Shown here in pieces: positions 26,939-36,295 of a stretch of DNA of 64,000 nt. The first letter of the stretch is position 1. Every line of letters starts with the position of its first letter. This DNA is from an uncultured Alphaproteobacteria bacterium (GTDB lineage: Bacteria > Pseudomonadota > Alphaproteobacteria > Rs-D84), in assembly GCA_947054455.1 (NCBI GenBank), contig CAMRWN010000001.1:74966-138965 (forward strand), read 5' to 3'. Both the position numbers and the translations under genes were made by a program. The notes below the pieces were generated by a model. The model worked only from the letters and a program-made list of their open reading frames with translations, was not told where the DNA came from and ran no database searches.

Positions 26939-27541
26939 CTAGGCGTGTTTTCTTAATCCCGTCTTGGGGTTTATCCAAACCTCTTCGGCCGCGATTTCCA
27001 TCATCGGCATGTCGGCACGGCTGTCGGAATAGCTGCGCACGACGCGCGGGATGAACTTGTTTTTCTTGGCCCATTCGTCCAGTGCTAAAACCTTGTTCGC
27101 GCCCCAGCACAAAAACTTGTATTTCGCGGGATGGCGCCGGTTCATTTGTGAACAGATAACCGCGTCAAACTTGATATCGCGAACCAGTTGCGGAATCAGA
27201 TAGTCCGGCCCCGCAGAAATCAAAACCACCTTGCGGCCGGCGGCTTTTTCCGCCTCGACCTGGTCGCGCGACCATCCAAAGCGTTCACGCTTGTGCTGTT
27301 TTATAAATGCAGGCGACAATTTTTCCACCATCTCTGGCGTCATAAAGCGACGCATGTTTTCACGCCACCACAATCCCCCCGGACGCAGCCGGTGCGCAAC
27401 CCCGCACACCGCCATCAGCGGCAGATACAACCACGGCCGCGCACGGTGGCGGAAACAGTACTTTACAAATCCGACGTTGCAGTCCCCGGCGGACAAAGTG
27501 CCGTCAAAATCAAACACGACGACATCAACTTTCTTTAACAT
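26939..27541 (-). CDS. HAD-superfamily hydrolase (HAD-IB/phosphoserine phosphatase-like)
   Basis: The HAD motif I (VVVFDFDGTL) sits at the start MLKKVDVVVFDFDGTL. The start was chosen at the internal Met at 27541. Confidence 0.65.
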   Translation of the reverse strand: MLKKVDVVVFDFDGTLSAGDCNVGFVKYCFRHRARPWLYLPLMAVCGVAHRLRPGGLWWRENMRRFMTPEMVEKLSPAFIKQHKRERFGWSRDQVEAEKAAGRKVVLISAGPDYLIPQLVRDIKFDAVICSQMNRRHPAKYKFLCWGANKVLALDEWAKKNKFIPRVVRSYSDSRADMPMMEIAAEEVWINPKTGLRKHA

Positions 27542-27641
27542 GTATAATATTCCTTTATTTGTACGGCGCGTATTATAACAACCTTTTGCACGCACCGCAA
27601 ATTTTATATTGCGGAACAAAAAAACGGGGTTTCCCCCGTTT

Positions 27642-30600
27642 TTATTTTTTCTTTTTGCGTGCCATTTTGCGTGCGCGACGCGCGGCCTTGACGCGCTGGC
27701 GCATACCTTCTAGCAGGAAGAACAGCGCGGGCGTCAGCGTGAACGTCCATACCAGGGACGCCGCCATGCCGCCAATCATAACCGCGGACATCGCGACCTT
27801 CATCCCGTCGGTCGACCACAGCTGCGGCAGCATTCCTGTGATAACCGCAATGGATGTCATCAGAACCATGTTCTTTTTCTCGGTCAGTTCGGTCCACAAC
27901 GCGACACGCGCGACCGCACCTTCGGATATGCGCTTGATGGTCGGTTCCAGCACCAGAATATTGTTGTTAACCACCAATCCGACCAGCATGACGAACGCCA
28001 ACATCGCACCCACGTTCATCGACGCCCCTGACAGGAACAGCATTATAAACACACCCGCAAAGCTGGTTATAATCGATGTCGCGATTGTAAAGGGATGAAC
28101 CAGCGAATTCAGAATCGCCGCCAGCAACATAAATGTCAGTATCGTCGCCAACAGGAACGCCTGGCCGATTTCGCCGGTGGTTTCGCTTTGCGTTTCCGAC
28201 ATGCCACCGAACTGGGCGCTGTATCCGGCCTGCCATTCCATTTCATCCAGCGCGGCCTGAATCTTCTGCTGGACCGGGCCCATTGTGGATTTACCGATGT
28301 TTATGTCGATTTCGGTGATACGGCTTTTGTCCAGACGACGGATTTCCGGCGTGGCCGGCACAGACTGCACCGCCCCCAGCTGGGACAACGCAACCATGCC
28401 CTTTTGCGAATTCACGTACACGTTGTCAAACAGTTCGGAATTCTTAAACGGTCGGGCGAATTCCAATATAATCGGATATTCTTCGCCGCGTTCCTTGTAC
28501 TTGTAATCGTCGTTTCCATACAGTGCGGCACGCAGCGCGGTACCCGCATACGCATTCGAAACGCCCCATGAATTCATTCTGTTTTCATCGGGGATGAAAC
28601 GAATTTCATTGTTCGGGGTCTGCTGCGCCAGGACGGCGGTCGACACCTCTGGGATACGGTTTATCATCTCTACGATTTTGACCGCATATGCGTTGCGCGT
28701 GGCATCGTCTTCGCCGTATACATTCAACACCATGTCGGATGTGGAACTGGACGACATGCCGGCGCCCGCGACAATCTGGATTTCAGCGTCCGGAATTTCC
28801 GACAGCACCGGCAGCATTTCGCGCACCAGTTTCTTATCGGAAACCTTGCGTTCACCCAGTTCGCGCAAATCAACCTTCATGGAAATGTTCTGCAGACCCT
28901 GGTCCCCGATTTTCGCAGTGGTCGCGACCACATCAGGAAACGCCTGCAGCTTTTCTTCAATCTGGCGGACAATCTGTGCGGACTTTTCATATGTCGCACC
29001 CATGGGCGCACGCGCCGTGATGTTTATTTCGTTCGTGTCGGTCGCCGGCGAAAATTCGTTTCCGACAAACCGCATCAGCATCGACGATGCAAACAATATC
29101 ACCACCGCCCCCAGAACCACGCGGCCGGGATGACGGAACTGATAATCAAACCACTGGCGCAGCGGCGTCTTTTCAACAGGCACCGGGGCGTCTGCCGCCA
29201 CGGGCGACTTTTGGTCCTTGGGTGCGGTCAGACGCAGGAACTTTGCAATCATCATAGGCGCCAGCGTGAACGAGAACATCAGCGACAACAGCGTCAGATA
29301 CACGACGGTCATACCGAACTGCGCCATGAACTGGCCCGCGATTCCGCCCATAAACGCCAGCGGCAAAAACACCACGACGTTTGTTCCGACACCGGCCAGA
29401 ACGGAAACCGCAACCTTTTTCGTTCCGTCGATGGCCGCGTTTTCAGGATTCTTGCCCTTGTGCATTTCCTGCAACGCGGATTCAATCAGAATAATTGCAT
29501 TCGACACCAGCGTACCCAGCGCCGACGAATACGCCAGCAATGTCATCGCATTGATTGTAAATCCGGCCCCGTCCATAAAGAAGAATCCCGCGACCAGTGA
29601 TGCCGGAATAACCGCGCCCGCGATAATTGTCGAACGCCAGTTTCCTGTGAACACCAGCAACACCAGAACGGTGAAGATGATACCAAGCACGATACCCCAA
29701 ATTGTGCTGTACGTTTCATCCGCAATCGATGTGGATGAATCAGACACAATCATCATTTCCGCGTTGGGAAAACGGGACTGCAAATCCGCGCTCAGCTGCG
29801 GCAGGCGCTGGTTCAGCGCGGTCGAAATCTTGATTGCGTTGCCATCGTCGGCCTTGACAACGGATGCAATCACGACATCCGCGCCGTTATAGCGCGCACC
29901 GGTTTCGATATCGCGCGCGGCATCAGACACCGCGGCAACGTCGGCCAATTTGAACTTCTGTCCTTCGGCTGTGATGACCTGCAGGTTTTCAATTTCATCA
30001 ATCGACTGGAATTCACCAATAAAGCGAACGTTCGACGACGATGCGGACGTTTCGATTTTACCGCCCGGCACGTTCAGGTTCTTATTTCCCAGCGCGGAAA
30101 CAATATCAACAATCGTAACACCGCGCGCGGCCATCAAATCCGGATCCATTTCGATACGCACCGCACGCTCGCGGCCACCGAAAACATCGACGCTGGCGAC
30201 ACCGGAAATGGCTGTGATTTTGTTCGACAGGACATTGTCCACATATTCTTCCAAATCACGGGCGTCCGCACCGCGTAGAACGATGTCAACGACGGATTCC
30301 TGCAGTGGGTTCAGCTTTTCAACAACAGGCTGCTTCATTGCATCCGGAAAATCGGACGCCAACGCGTCTATCTTTGTCTTGACCTCGGCCGCCTTGTCGT
30401 TGACGTTTACGCCCAGATTAAATTCAGCCATTACATATCCGCCGTTTTCAAACGCGCGCGACGTCAGCTTTTTCAGGCCGGCAACCTCCGCAATCGCGTC
30501 TTCGGCCTTTTTGATTACCTGGGATTCGATTTCGGCGGGTTCGGCGCCCGGGTACACGAACGTTGCCGTAACCATCGGGAAATCCAGCGACGGCGTGCGT

Positions 30601-30698
30601 TCTATATTCATTTTGGGGAACGAAACCAGCCCCAGCACAACCCAGAACAACACGAACATCAGGGTCGTGATTGGTCTGCGAACAAAAAATTTCAACAT
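27642..30698 (-). CDS. RND-family efflux transporter permease (AcrB/AcrD-like)
   Basis: A 1018-aa ORF with 12 TM helices and two large periplasmic loops, typical of HAE1 RND pumps. It is the last gene of the marR-tolC-MFP-RND operon. Confidence 0.9.
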   Translation of the reverse strand: MLKFFVRRPITTLMFVLFWVVLGLVSFPKMNIERTPSLDFPMVTATFVYPGAEPAEIESQVIKKAEDAIAEVAGLKKLTSRAFENGGYVMAEFNLGVNVNDKAAEVKTKIDALASDFPDAMKQPVVEKLNPLQESVVDIVLRGADARDLEEYVDNVLSNKITAISGVASVDVFGGRERAVRIEMDPDLMAARGVTIVDIVSALGNKNLNVPGGKIETSASSSNVRFIGEFQSIDEIENLQVITAEGQKFKLADVAAVSDAARDIETGARYNGADVVIASVVKADDGNAIKISTALNQRLPQLSADLQSRFPNAEMMIVSDSSTSIADETYSTIWGIVLGIIFTVLVLLVFTGNWRSTIIAGAVIPASLVAGFFFMDGAGFTINAMTLLAYSSALGTLVSNAIILIESALQEMHKGKNPENAAIDGTKKVAVSVLAGVGTNVVVFLPLAFMGGIAGQFMAQFGMTVVYLTLLSLMFSFTLAPMMIAKFLRLTAPKDQKSPVAADAPVPVEKTPLRQWFDYQFRHPGRVVLGAVVILFASSMLMRFVGNEFSPATDTNEINITARAPMGATYEKSAQIVRQIEEKLQAFPDVVATTAKIGDQGLQNISMKVDLRELGERKVSDKKLVREMLPVLSEIPDAEIQIVAGAGMSSSSTSDMVLNVYGEDDATRNAYAVKIVEMINRIPEVSTAVLAQQTPNNEIRFIPDENRMNSWGVSNAYAGTALRAALYGNDDYKYKERGEEYPIILEFARPFKNSELFDNVYVNSQKGMVALSQLGAVQSVPATPEIRRLDKSRITEIDINIGKSTMGPVQQKIQAALDEMEWQAGYSAQFGGMSETQSETTGEIGQAFLLATILTFMLLAAILNSLVHPFTIATSIITSFAGVFIMLFLSGASMNVGAMLAFVMLVGLVVNNNILVLEPTIKRISEGAVARVALWTELTEKKNMVLMTSIAVITGMLPQLWSTDGMKVAMSAVMIGGMAASLVWTFTLTPALFFLLEGMRQRVKAARRARKMARKKKK

Positions 30699-30720
30699 TG
30701 CTTACCCTCTTGTGATGAAA

Positions 30721-31350
30721 TTATTTTTTAATCTGAATCTTGTCGCCGTCGGCAATCTGGGACAATATAACCATGTCCCCGTCGGCCAGACCGGACGTGA
30801 TATACGCGGTATCGGCATCTGTGCGCGCAACCGACACGGGACGCGCAACCGCAACATTATCCTGTGCGACGAACACCACACCGTTTTTTACCGCATAGAC
30901 GGGAACGAAATATCCGTCGGCACGAAATTCTGCGTACTGCAGCCCGTCCGCCACACCGCGCGTGCGAACCGCATGCATACCGGTGTCCAGATTTATTCCG
31001 TCCGCCACCGAAACAACGACGCCGTCGCCGATTTTCTGTCCGGGACGTATCAGCGCGACGCGCGCACCGGAAATATATGCGCGGTTATTCCTTATCGTAA
31101 TCGGTTCGCGCAACACACCCTGGTGGCGGGATACGGTCATAACCTCTACAACGGTGCCGTCGGTCAGCGCCGCGCGCGCCGGGTTATAGACAACCAGACG
31201 GTTCTGGGCGCCAACAACCGCGAAACGAAACGCGACCCAGCACGCAACCAGCACAACCAGCGCCGCATACATTCTTTTTTTGGTGCGCGGTCTTTTCGCC
31301 CACACCTTCAGATTTTCCATTTTTTCCTTTAAACCTTCCATTTTACTCAC
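30721..31350 (-). CDS. Unusually short (209 aa) membrane-fusion/periplasmic adaptor-like protein of the RND operon
   Basis: It has an N-terminal TM helix followed by beta-barrel/membrane-proximal-like sequence (GARVALIRPGQKIGDGVVV...AVKNGVVFV...VILSQIADGDKIQIK). There is no alpha-hairpin region. It is tightly packed between tolC and the RND gene. Confidence 0.6.
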   Translation of the reverse strand: MSKMEGLKEKMENLKVWAKRPRTKKRMYAALVVLVACWVAFRFAVVGAQNRLVVYNPARAALTDGTVVEVMTVSRHQGVLREPITIRNNRAYISGARVALIRPGQKIGDGVVVSVADGINLDTGMHAVRTRGVADGLQYAEFRADGYFVPVYAVKNGVVFVAQDNVAVARPVSVARTDADTAYITSGLADGDMVILSQIADGDKIQIKK

Positions 31351-32671
31351 CCAACTTTTTTACAGATTCAGCCGACATCAAAATATTGTACTTGGCGTTC
31401 AACAGCGCCATGTCCAATTGATACAGGCCTGCCGAAACCTCGGCCAGTTCGATGGCCGACGTCTGGCCCGCGGCAAAACGTTCCTGAGAGAACTGGTACG
31501 CCTTGGCCGCCAGATTTCGCGCATTCTCCAGCGTCGCCAGATTGCCGCGCAAATGATTGTACTTCTTTATCGCCGTGTTGTATTCTTCTGTCTTCAGCTT
31601 TTTGGACTTGTCCAAATCCTGGCGTGCGGCCTCGGCGTCCATGGCGGAAACCGTGGCGTTCGCACGGTGCAGACCGCCGCTGAAAATCGGCATCTGCAAC
31701 GCCAGTCCCCACGACGCGGACTGCGAACCCTTTTTATCAAACATTCCGTCGAATTCGGAACCCATCGCATAATAATTGTAAGACGCGGTCGCCGCCAGTG
31801 TCGGCAGATATTCCGCACGCGACGACTTCGCTTTGGATTCGTACATGCTGACCTGCTGGGCCAGGATTTCCCATTCCGGATTGTTCTTCAGTTTTCCCGC
31901 ATCCAACGCCGAAAACTTGGTGGGGAAATTATCGGTCAGAACGATTTCCTCGTCCATGTCGATGCCCGCCAAAATCTTCAGCATGCGGTACGCCGTGTCG
32001 CGGTTGAATTCCGCATCGGACAAATTTATTTCCTTGCTGGCGATATCGGATTCGATTTTCACCAGATTGCTGCGCGACGCGCGGCCGGCCGCCCCCAGGT
32101 TGCGACGTGCGCTTTTCGCCGCCTGCAGGTCGGAACGTGCAATCTTTACTATATCATCGGTCATTTTGGCCGTCCAATACAGGTCGACCGCGCTGTATTT
32201 AACCTCGCGGCGGGTCAGCTCGCGGCTGGCCTCGGACATCTTTATTGCGGACTTTACGCTTTTGACCGCATTGCCTATCTTGCCAAATGTGTAAATTGGC
32301 TGGGACACGCTGACGCCGGCCATAAATATGTTGTCCGGTATTTCAATATACACAGACTGGTTCTTCAACGATTCCGAAATCAGTCCCCCGAACGCAGGCG
32401 GCAGCTCTATGCCCTTGGACTTGGACGGATCTTCTACGTTGACCATGTTCATATACGACGCCGTACCCTTGATATTGAACCAGCGGTTTGCATTCGCCGC
32501 ATCCAACTGGGCCTGGGCTTTTTGCACGTTGGCCTCGGCCTTTTTCAAGTCCTGGGATTCATGCATGATTTTTTCAACCGCGCCGTTCAGCGACAAATCC
32601 ATACACATCGCGTTGCCGCACAAACACGCAACACCGGCCCCTATGACAATCGCCGGTCTGATTTTAATCAT
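31343..32671 (-). CDS. tolC: TolC-family outer membrane efflux protein
   Basis: A 442-aa ORF with a signal peptide and two tandem repeats of the OEP/TolC coiled-coil pattern. Confidence 0.85.
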   Translation of the reverse strand: MIKIRPAIVIGAGVACLCGNAMCMDLSLNGAVEKIMHESQDLKKAEANVQKAQAQLDAANANRWFNIKGTASYMNMVNVEDPSKSKGIELPPAFGGLISESLKNQSVYIEIPDNIFMAGVSVSQPIYTFGKIGNAVKSVKSAIKMSEASRELTRREVKYSAVDLYWTAKMTDDIVKIARSDLQAAKSARRNLGAAGRASRSNLVKIESDIASKEINLSDAEFNRDTAYRMLKILAGIDMDEEIVLTDNFPTKFSALDAGKLKNNPEWEILAQQVSMYESKAKSSRAEYLPTLAATASYNYYAMGSEFDGMFDKKGSQSASWGLALQMPIFSGGLHRANATVSAMDAEAARQDLDKSKKLKTEEYNTAIKKYNHLRGNLATLENARNLAAKAYQFSQERFAAGQTSAIELAEVSAGLYQLDMALLNAKYNILMSAESVKKLGE

Positions 32672-33113
32672 TATTCAACTCCATCTTTGTTAAAACATTG
32701 TTCATTGTCTTCAGCGCGCCGGTCAGAACCTCTTCATCCTCGCGGCTGATGTTTTCGAACATGTGCGCAATGTCTTCACGGAACACCTCCATCGCCTGGC
32801 GGGCTATTTCCTCGCCTGCGGGCGTGCAGGAATACCATGTATTGCGACGGTCGTGTTCGTCAACGGTACGCGCGACCATTCCGTCCTGTTCCAGTTTGCG
32901 GAACGTGGCGCACAAATTCGGCGCCGGAACCATTTCGCGGCGTGCGATATCTTTTAGACGGGCACGCCCCCCAATGCTCAGCCGCACCAAAACCATCAGT
33001 TGGTTGCGCGGATATCCGGTACGGATATGCGGTGCGCGCTTTAACCGGTCAGCCAGTCTGTCTAAAATCAAGATATTTGATTCAAACAAACGAATAAATT
33101 CCTTGCGGGCCAT
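32664..33113 (-). CDS. MarR-family transcriptional regulator
   Basis: A 149-aa ORF with a winged-helix motif (RLKDIARREMVPAPNLCATFRKLEQDGMVAR). It is the first gene of the efflux operon. Confidence 0.85.
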   Translation of the reverse strand: MARKEFIRLFESNILILDRLADRLKRAPHIRTGYPRNQLMVLVRLSIGGRARLKDIARREMVPAPNLCATFRKLEQDGMVARTVDEHDRRNTWYSCTPAGEEIARQAMEVFREDIAHMFENISREDEEVLTGALKTMNNVLTKMELNND

Positions 33114-33257
33114 ATTTTATCCTTTATAATAACATCGTTCGGCCTTTAATAATTAAAAACCTGAATTATTATATTTTTTAACAAATTAATTGCAAGCACA
33201 AAATTAAAAAAATTTCAAAAATCTTTGCCTGAATATTGAAAAAAGCATTTTTTGTTA

Positions 33258-33285
33258 TTGCAAAAGCCGTAAAGTTCTTTATAAT
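33258..33285 (+). promoter_or_regulatory. Sigma70-type promoter for tRNA-Gln (TTGCAA-N16-TATAAT)
   Basis: The -35 TTGCAA lies at 33258-33263 and the -10 TATAAT at 33280-33285. The tRNA 5' end is 12 nt downstream. Confidence 0.55.
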
Positions 33286-33297
33286 CTGTGATGCCTT

Positions 33298-33371
33298 TGG
33301 GGTGTCGTCTAATGGTAGGACAAGAGATTTTGGTTCTCTTTATCATGGTTCGAATCCGTGCGCCCCAACCA
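33298..33371 (+). tRNA. trnQ: tRNA-Gln (anticodon UUG)
   Basis: The sequence is TGGGGTGTCGTCTAATGGTAGGACAAGAGATTTTGGTTCTCTTTATCATGGTTCGAATCCGTGCGCCCCAACCA. It has a 7-bp acceptor stem, anticodon loop ATTTTGG(T), a GGTTCGAATCC T-arm and an encoded CCA. Confidence 0.85.
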
Positions 33372-33383
33372 GTTTCAAAACAA

Positions 33384-33410
33384 ATGCCCCAGACGGGGCA
33401 TTTATTTTGA
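33384..33410 (+). terminator. Rho-independent terminator after tRNA-Gln
   Basis: The hairpin aaatgcccc-agac-ggggcattt is followed by a T-run. Confidence 0.65.
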
Positions 33411-33636
33411 AATGATGTATCGCGCGGATTGTAATCGTCCGTTTCACACGATTACAGCAAAACGTTATTAACGTTTTGTACGCGTTTTGTTCCAAAACGC
33501 TAGTGGGGCCATCCCCACACCCCTGTGTGCGCCCCAACCAGGATAAACAAAGTCAGCACACAGGCGACTTTTTCTTTGGTTTTCCAGTGTTTGATTTCGG
33601 AAAATAGCAATTTTTTTGAACTTTCGAACTTTTTTA

Positions 33637-33645
33637 TGATAAAAT
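33637..33645 (+). promoter_or_regulatory. Extended -10 element TGATAAAAT placed 9 nt upstream of the protease ATG (leaderless-type architecture)
   Basis: TATGATAAAAT-gcacatgaa-ATG. No -35 match. The architecture parallels the TGTGATATAAT promoters found elsewhere in the window. Confidence 0.4.
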
Positions 33646-33654
33646 GCACATGAA

Positions 33655-34581
33655 ATGCGTAAGATATTTGTATTTTTATCATGTTTAATAACAGCGCCAG
33701 CGATTGCGGCTGATGATGCCTGCACAAAGCCGAAAGAGTTCACAGTCGATAAACGTTGCTATGTTACCAGTGCACAAAAAAAACAAAAGCCATTTAATGC
33801 AACAGTCGGCTTAGTTAATGGTGATTTAAAAGCATACTGTACGGGCACAATCGTGAAGGGATACTACGGATATAACGGCGATAAAGCAACCACACAAGAA
33901 AAAGAAACCATATATGTTTATACTGCCAAACATTGCACCGACCGCAACAAAGACGGCAAACCCGACACTTATCTGGATATAGTATTACAAAATGGCGACA
34001 GTTATAAAATTAAATTTGCACGTGCTGGTCAATACAAGATTCTGTCAGACGAAAAAGCTGCAGGCGACTATGCATTATATACTATAGATGAGCAAACTGA
34101 CATTCCAGGCAGCAAAATACCATATACAACAATAAGCGACAAATGGGGGTTCCTGGGACTCAGACAACTGGATGCACGTGTTGTTGGATATGGCACATTA
34201 AAGATTATGTCCGACAAAGAAATAAAAATATTCAAAAGCAAATATATTAATTTTATGAAACAACAAGGTATGTCTGCCAAGGATTCTGGTGTAAAGATAA
34301 GCACGAAGTGGGGTACAAAATTTATGCAAAACTTAGATCATGACTACCAGAACGATTTATTCGCCAACCATAGCTTGAAAGTTTCAAATTGTAAATACCA
34401 CAGTGTCGGCACACAAATAGGCTGTCAAGCATGGAGCGGTAATTCTGGGGGTGGCATATTTGATAATAATGGCGAACTGATGGGAATTTATACCAGAGGG
34501 CATCGTATCGTAGGCGGGGAAAATCATGCAGCCTCAATTACCACAACAAAATACCCATCAACAATTCCTATCGCATTTTAA
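33655..34581 (+). CDS. Secreted trypsin-like (S1/chymotrypsin-fold) serine peptidase, island-encoded
   Basis: It has a signal peptide (FVFLSCLITAPAIAADD) and a His motif (YTAKHC). An Asp lies in DYALYTID, and the Ser motif GNSGGG is a variant of GDSGGP. The gene is AT-rich relative to the window. Confidence 0.65.
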   Translation: MRKIFVFLSCLITAPAIAADDACTKPKEFTVDKRCYVTSAQKKQKPFNATVGLVNGDLKAYCTGTIVKGYYGYNGDKATTQEKETIYVYTAKHCTDRNKDGKPDTYLDIVLQNGDSYKIKFARAGQYKILSDEKAAGDYALYTIDEQTDIPGSKIPYTTISDKWGFLGLRQLDARVVGYGTLKIMSDKEIKIFKSKYINFMKQQGMSAKDSGVKISTKWGTKFMQNLDHDYQNDLFANHSLKVSNCKYHSVGTQIGCQAWSGNSGGGIFDNNGELMGIYTRGHRIVGGENHAASITTTKYPSTIPIAF

Positions 34582-34601
34582 CAAAATTTAAGGAGCGCAC
34601 A

Positions 34602-34955
34602 ATGAAACAAAAAACAGATAAGATAAAAAACTTGAAACGCGCTGGTACGATAATTGCAATCGCGGGCAGTTTGGCACTGGGTAGCGTGTCAATTTCACGC
34701 ACCACCAAAGACGACTCCACAGATCCTACAGAAAACAAGGAATATATTAAACACTTGGAACATGTTGCGGATGAAATGACACATGAGCAAAAACTGCAAT
34801 TTATTCACGATGGAAAAGAAGTATTGAATAATCTGCAACAGAAAATTGATTCTGATGAAACCAATCCCGAAGAACGCTTTGAGGCATTAAGATCAAAACG
34901 TTTGGTTAATAAGGAAATTGAAGTAATGCAGAAAAAGTTGAATAACGGAAGATAG
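34602..34955 (+). CDS. Hypothetical small secreted or membrane-anchored protein (117 aa)
   Basis: A good RBS (AAGGAG) lies 7 nt before the ATG. The N-terminal hydrophobic segment is TIIAIAGSLALGSVSIS. The gene is AT-rich and followed by a terminator hairpin at ~34984..35010. Confidence 0.5.
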   Translation: MKQKTDKIKNLKRAGTIIAIAGSLALGSVSISRTTKDDSTDPTENKEYIKHLEHVADEMTHEQKLQFIHDGKEVLNNLQQKIDSDETNPEERFEALRSKRLVNKEIEVMQKKLNNGR

Positions 34956-35029
34956 ATATCGGCAGAATATTCTACTAATACAAAGTCGCATCTAATGGTG
35001 CGATTTTTATATTCAGATTGCATACGAGC

Positions 35030-35974
35030 TCAAAACGCTTCTTCGCAACGGTGGGTTTCTTTAATAATCTTGTTTATCTTGGTCAAACTCGCAATATTAA
35101 ATCCGGTTGAAACACCACTCAGCACAGTTGTCGCACCCGCCATCACATTCGCGGTTGTATTCAGGTTCTTTTCCTTCTTTTTGCCAGATTCTGAATTATC
35201 ATTACGAATGCCCGATGAATTTGCCACGGCACTGTTTACTGTGCCGGTTGCACCGGTAACGCCCCCCGCAATACTTGTTCCCATGACAACAGTTTGCTGT
35301 TTTTCAAATTTTTCTATTTCTGTGGCGTCAATGTTTCCACACCATGTTTTTATATTATCAAGTTTCCGAACAATTGGATTTTCCATAGGATTCAGCCCGC
35401 CTACATCCGCATTTTTGACCGATGCAACCGCGTTATTACATGCAGTTATCTGCTGTATTAAATCAGACTGATTATGATTGACACCCGACACAATCGCAGA
35501 CGTAATATTTGTTGCCGTTGCACCCGCCATCAGGCCCGTACGCCAATTTCCCATTCTTTTTGAACGTTTTTCCGCATCCACCAATTGCTGTTGCAATTCG
35601 GCAATTTCAGACATCGGCAGTATAACACTGTTAAAGAAAGTATCCGGGCTCATTTGCGCCACCGTATCGGGATTACACCCGCCGGCATCACAAATCTGCT
35701 TTTCCAAGCGTTCTATTTCTTTATCTATCTGAGCCTTGGATAATCCTGCATATAATGCACCACCAGCCGCAACGGCACCAACACCGGACACAACCGTGCC
35801 TGCCGTCGTCATATTTTTCAAATGTTGCAATTCATCGGATATACCACTACAAACAGCGCTTGTTGCATTATAAAGTTGTGTAAGTTGTAAAATTCTGTCC
35901 GCATCATCTGCATGCGCTGATGTATTAAGCGTCAACACCGCAACCATAAACAAGAACAAATAACCGGATTTCAT
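35030..35974 (-). CDS. Hypothetical secreted protein (314 aa) with Gly/Ala/Thr-rich segments and scattered Cys
   Basis: It has a signal peptide (MKSGYLFLFMVAVLTLNTSAHA). The ATG lies 9 nt from a TGTGATATAAT extended -10. The gene sits in the AT-rich island. Confidence 0.6.
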   Translation of the reverse strand: MKSGYLFLFMVAVLTLNTSAHADDADRILQLTQLYNATSAVCSGISDELQHLKNMTTAGTVVSGVGAVAAGGALYAGLSKAQIDKEIERLEKQICDAGGCNPDTVAQMSPDTFFNSVILPMSEIAELQQQLVDAEKRSKRMGNWRTGLMAGATATNITSAIVSGVNHNQSDLIQQITACNNAVASVKNADVGGLNPMENPIVRKLDNIKTWCGNIDATEIEKFEKQQTVVMGTSIAGGVTGATGTVNSAVANSSGIRNDNSESGKKKEKNLNTTANVMAGATTVLSGVSTGFNIASLTKINKIIKETHRCEEAF

Positions 35975-35982
35975 GATGATGA

Positions 35983-35995
35983 ATTATATCACAAC
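35983..35995 (-). promoter_or_regulatory. TTGTGATATAATT extended -10 promoter motif; 9 nt separate TATAAT from the ATG of the 35030..35974 gene
   Basis: This is an exact copy of the 11-mer TGTGATATAAT, read on the minus strand. Confidence 0.55.
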
Positions 35996-36295
35996 ATCTA
36001 AATACAATCTATAATAAATAACATAGGTTAGCTGTTGTCCTATGTTTTTAATATATCTATAACTTGCTCGATTTCCGGTGCCATTTTTATCAAATCATTA
36101 TAATAATTAGTTCAAAGATTGTTTATCACGCACAACCAAAAACACCCCGCGGGGTGTTTTTATTTATTTACACTTTCGAGCTGCGTGGTTGTGGTCGGCC
36201 AGCATGATGCATTGATTTTTATTTAGCAGAAACTATATATATGGTATAATTTATTGGATATTTGATTTTATTGTAAAAATAACAGAGTAGCGCTT

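Noticed and set aside
31280-32749. 489-aa plus-strand ORF, plus similar ORFs at 4326..5303, 39112..40066, 54302..54877 and 25882..26475
   Set aside because: All are antisense to well-supported genes (tolC, rplA, gyrA, uvrD, rmuC). They are Arg/His/Gln-rich products of GC-rich antisense frames.
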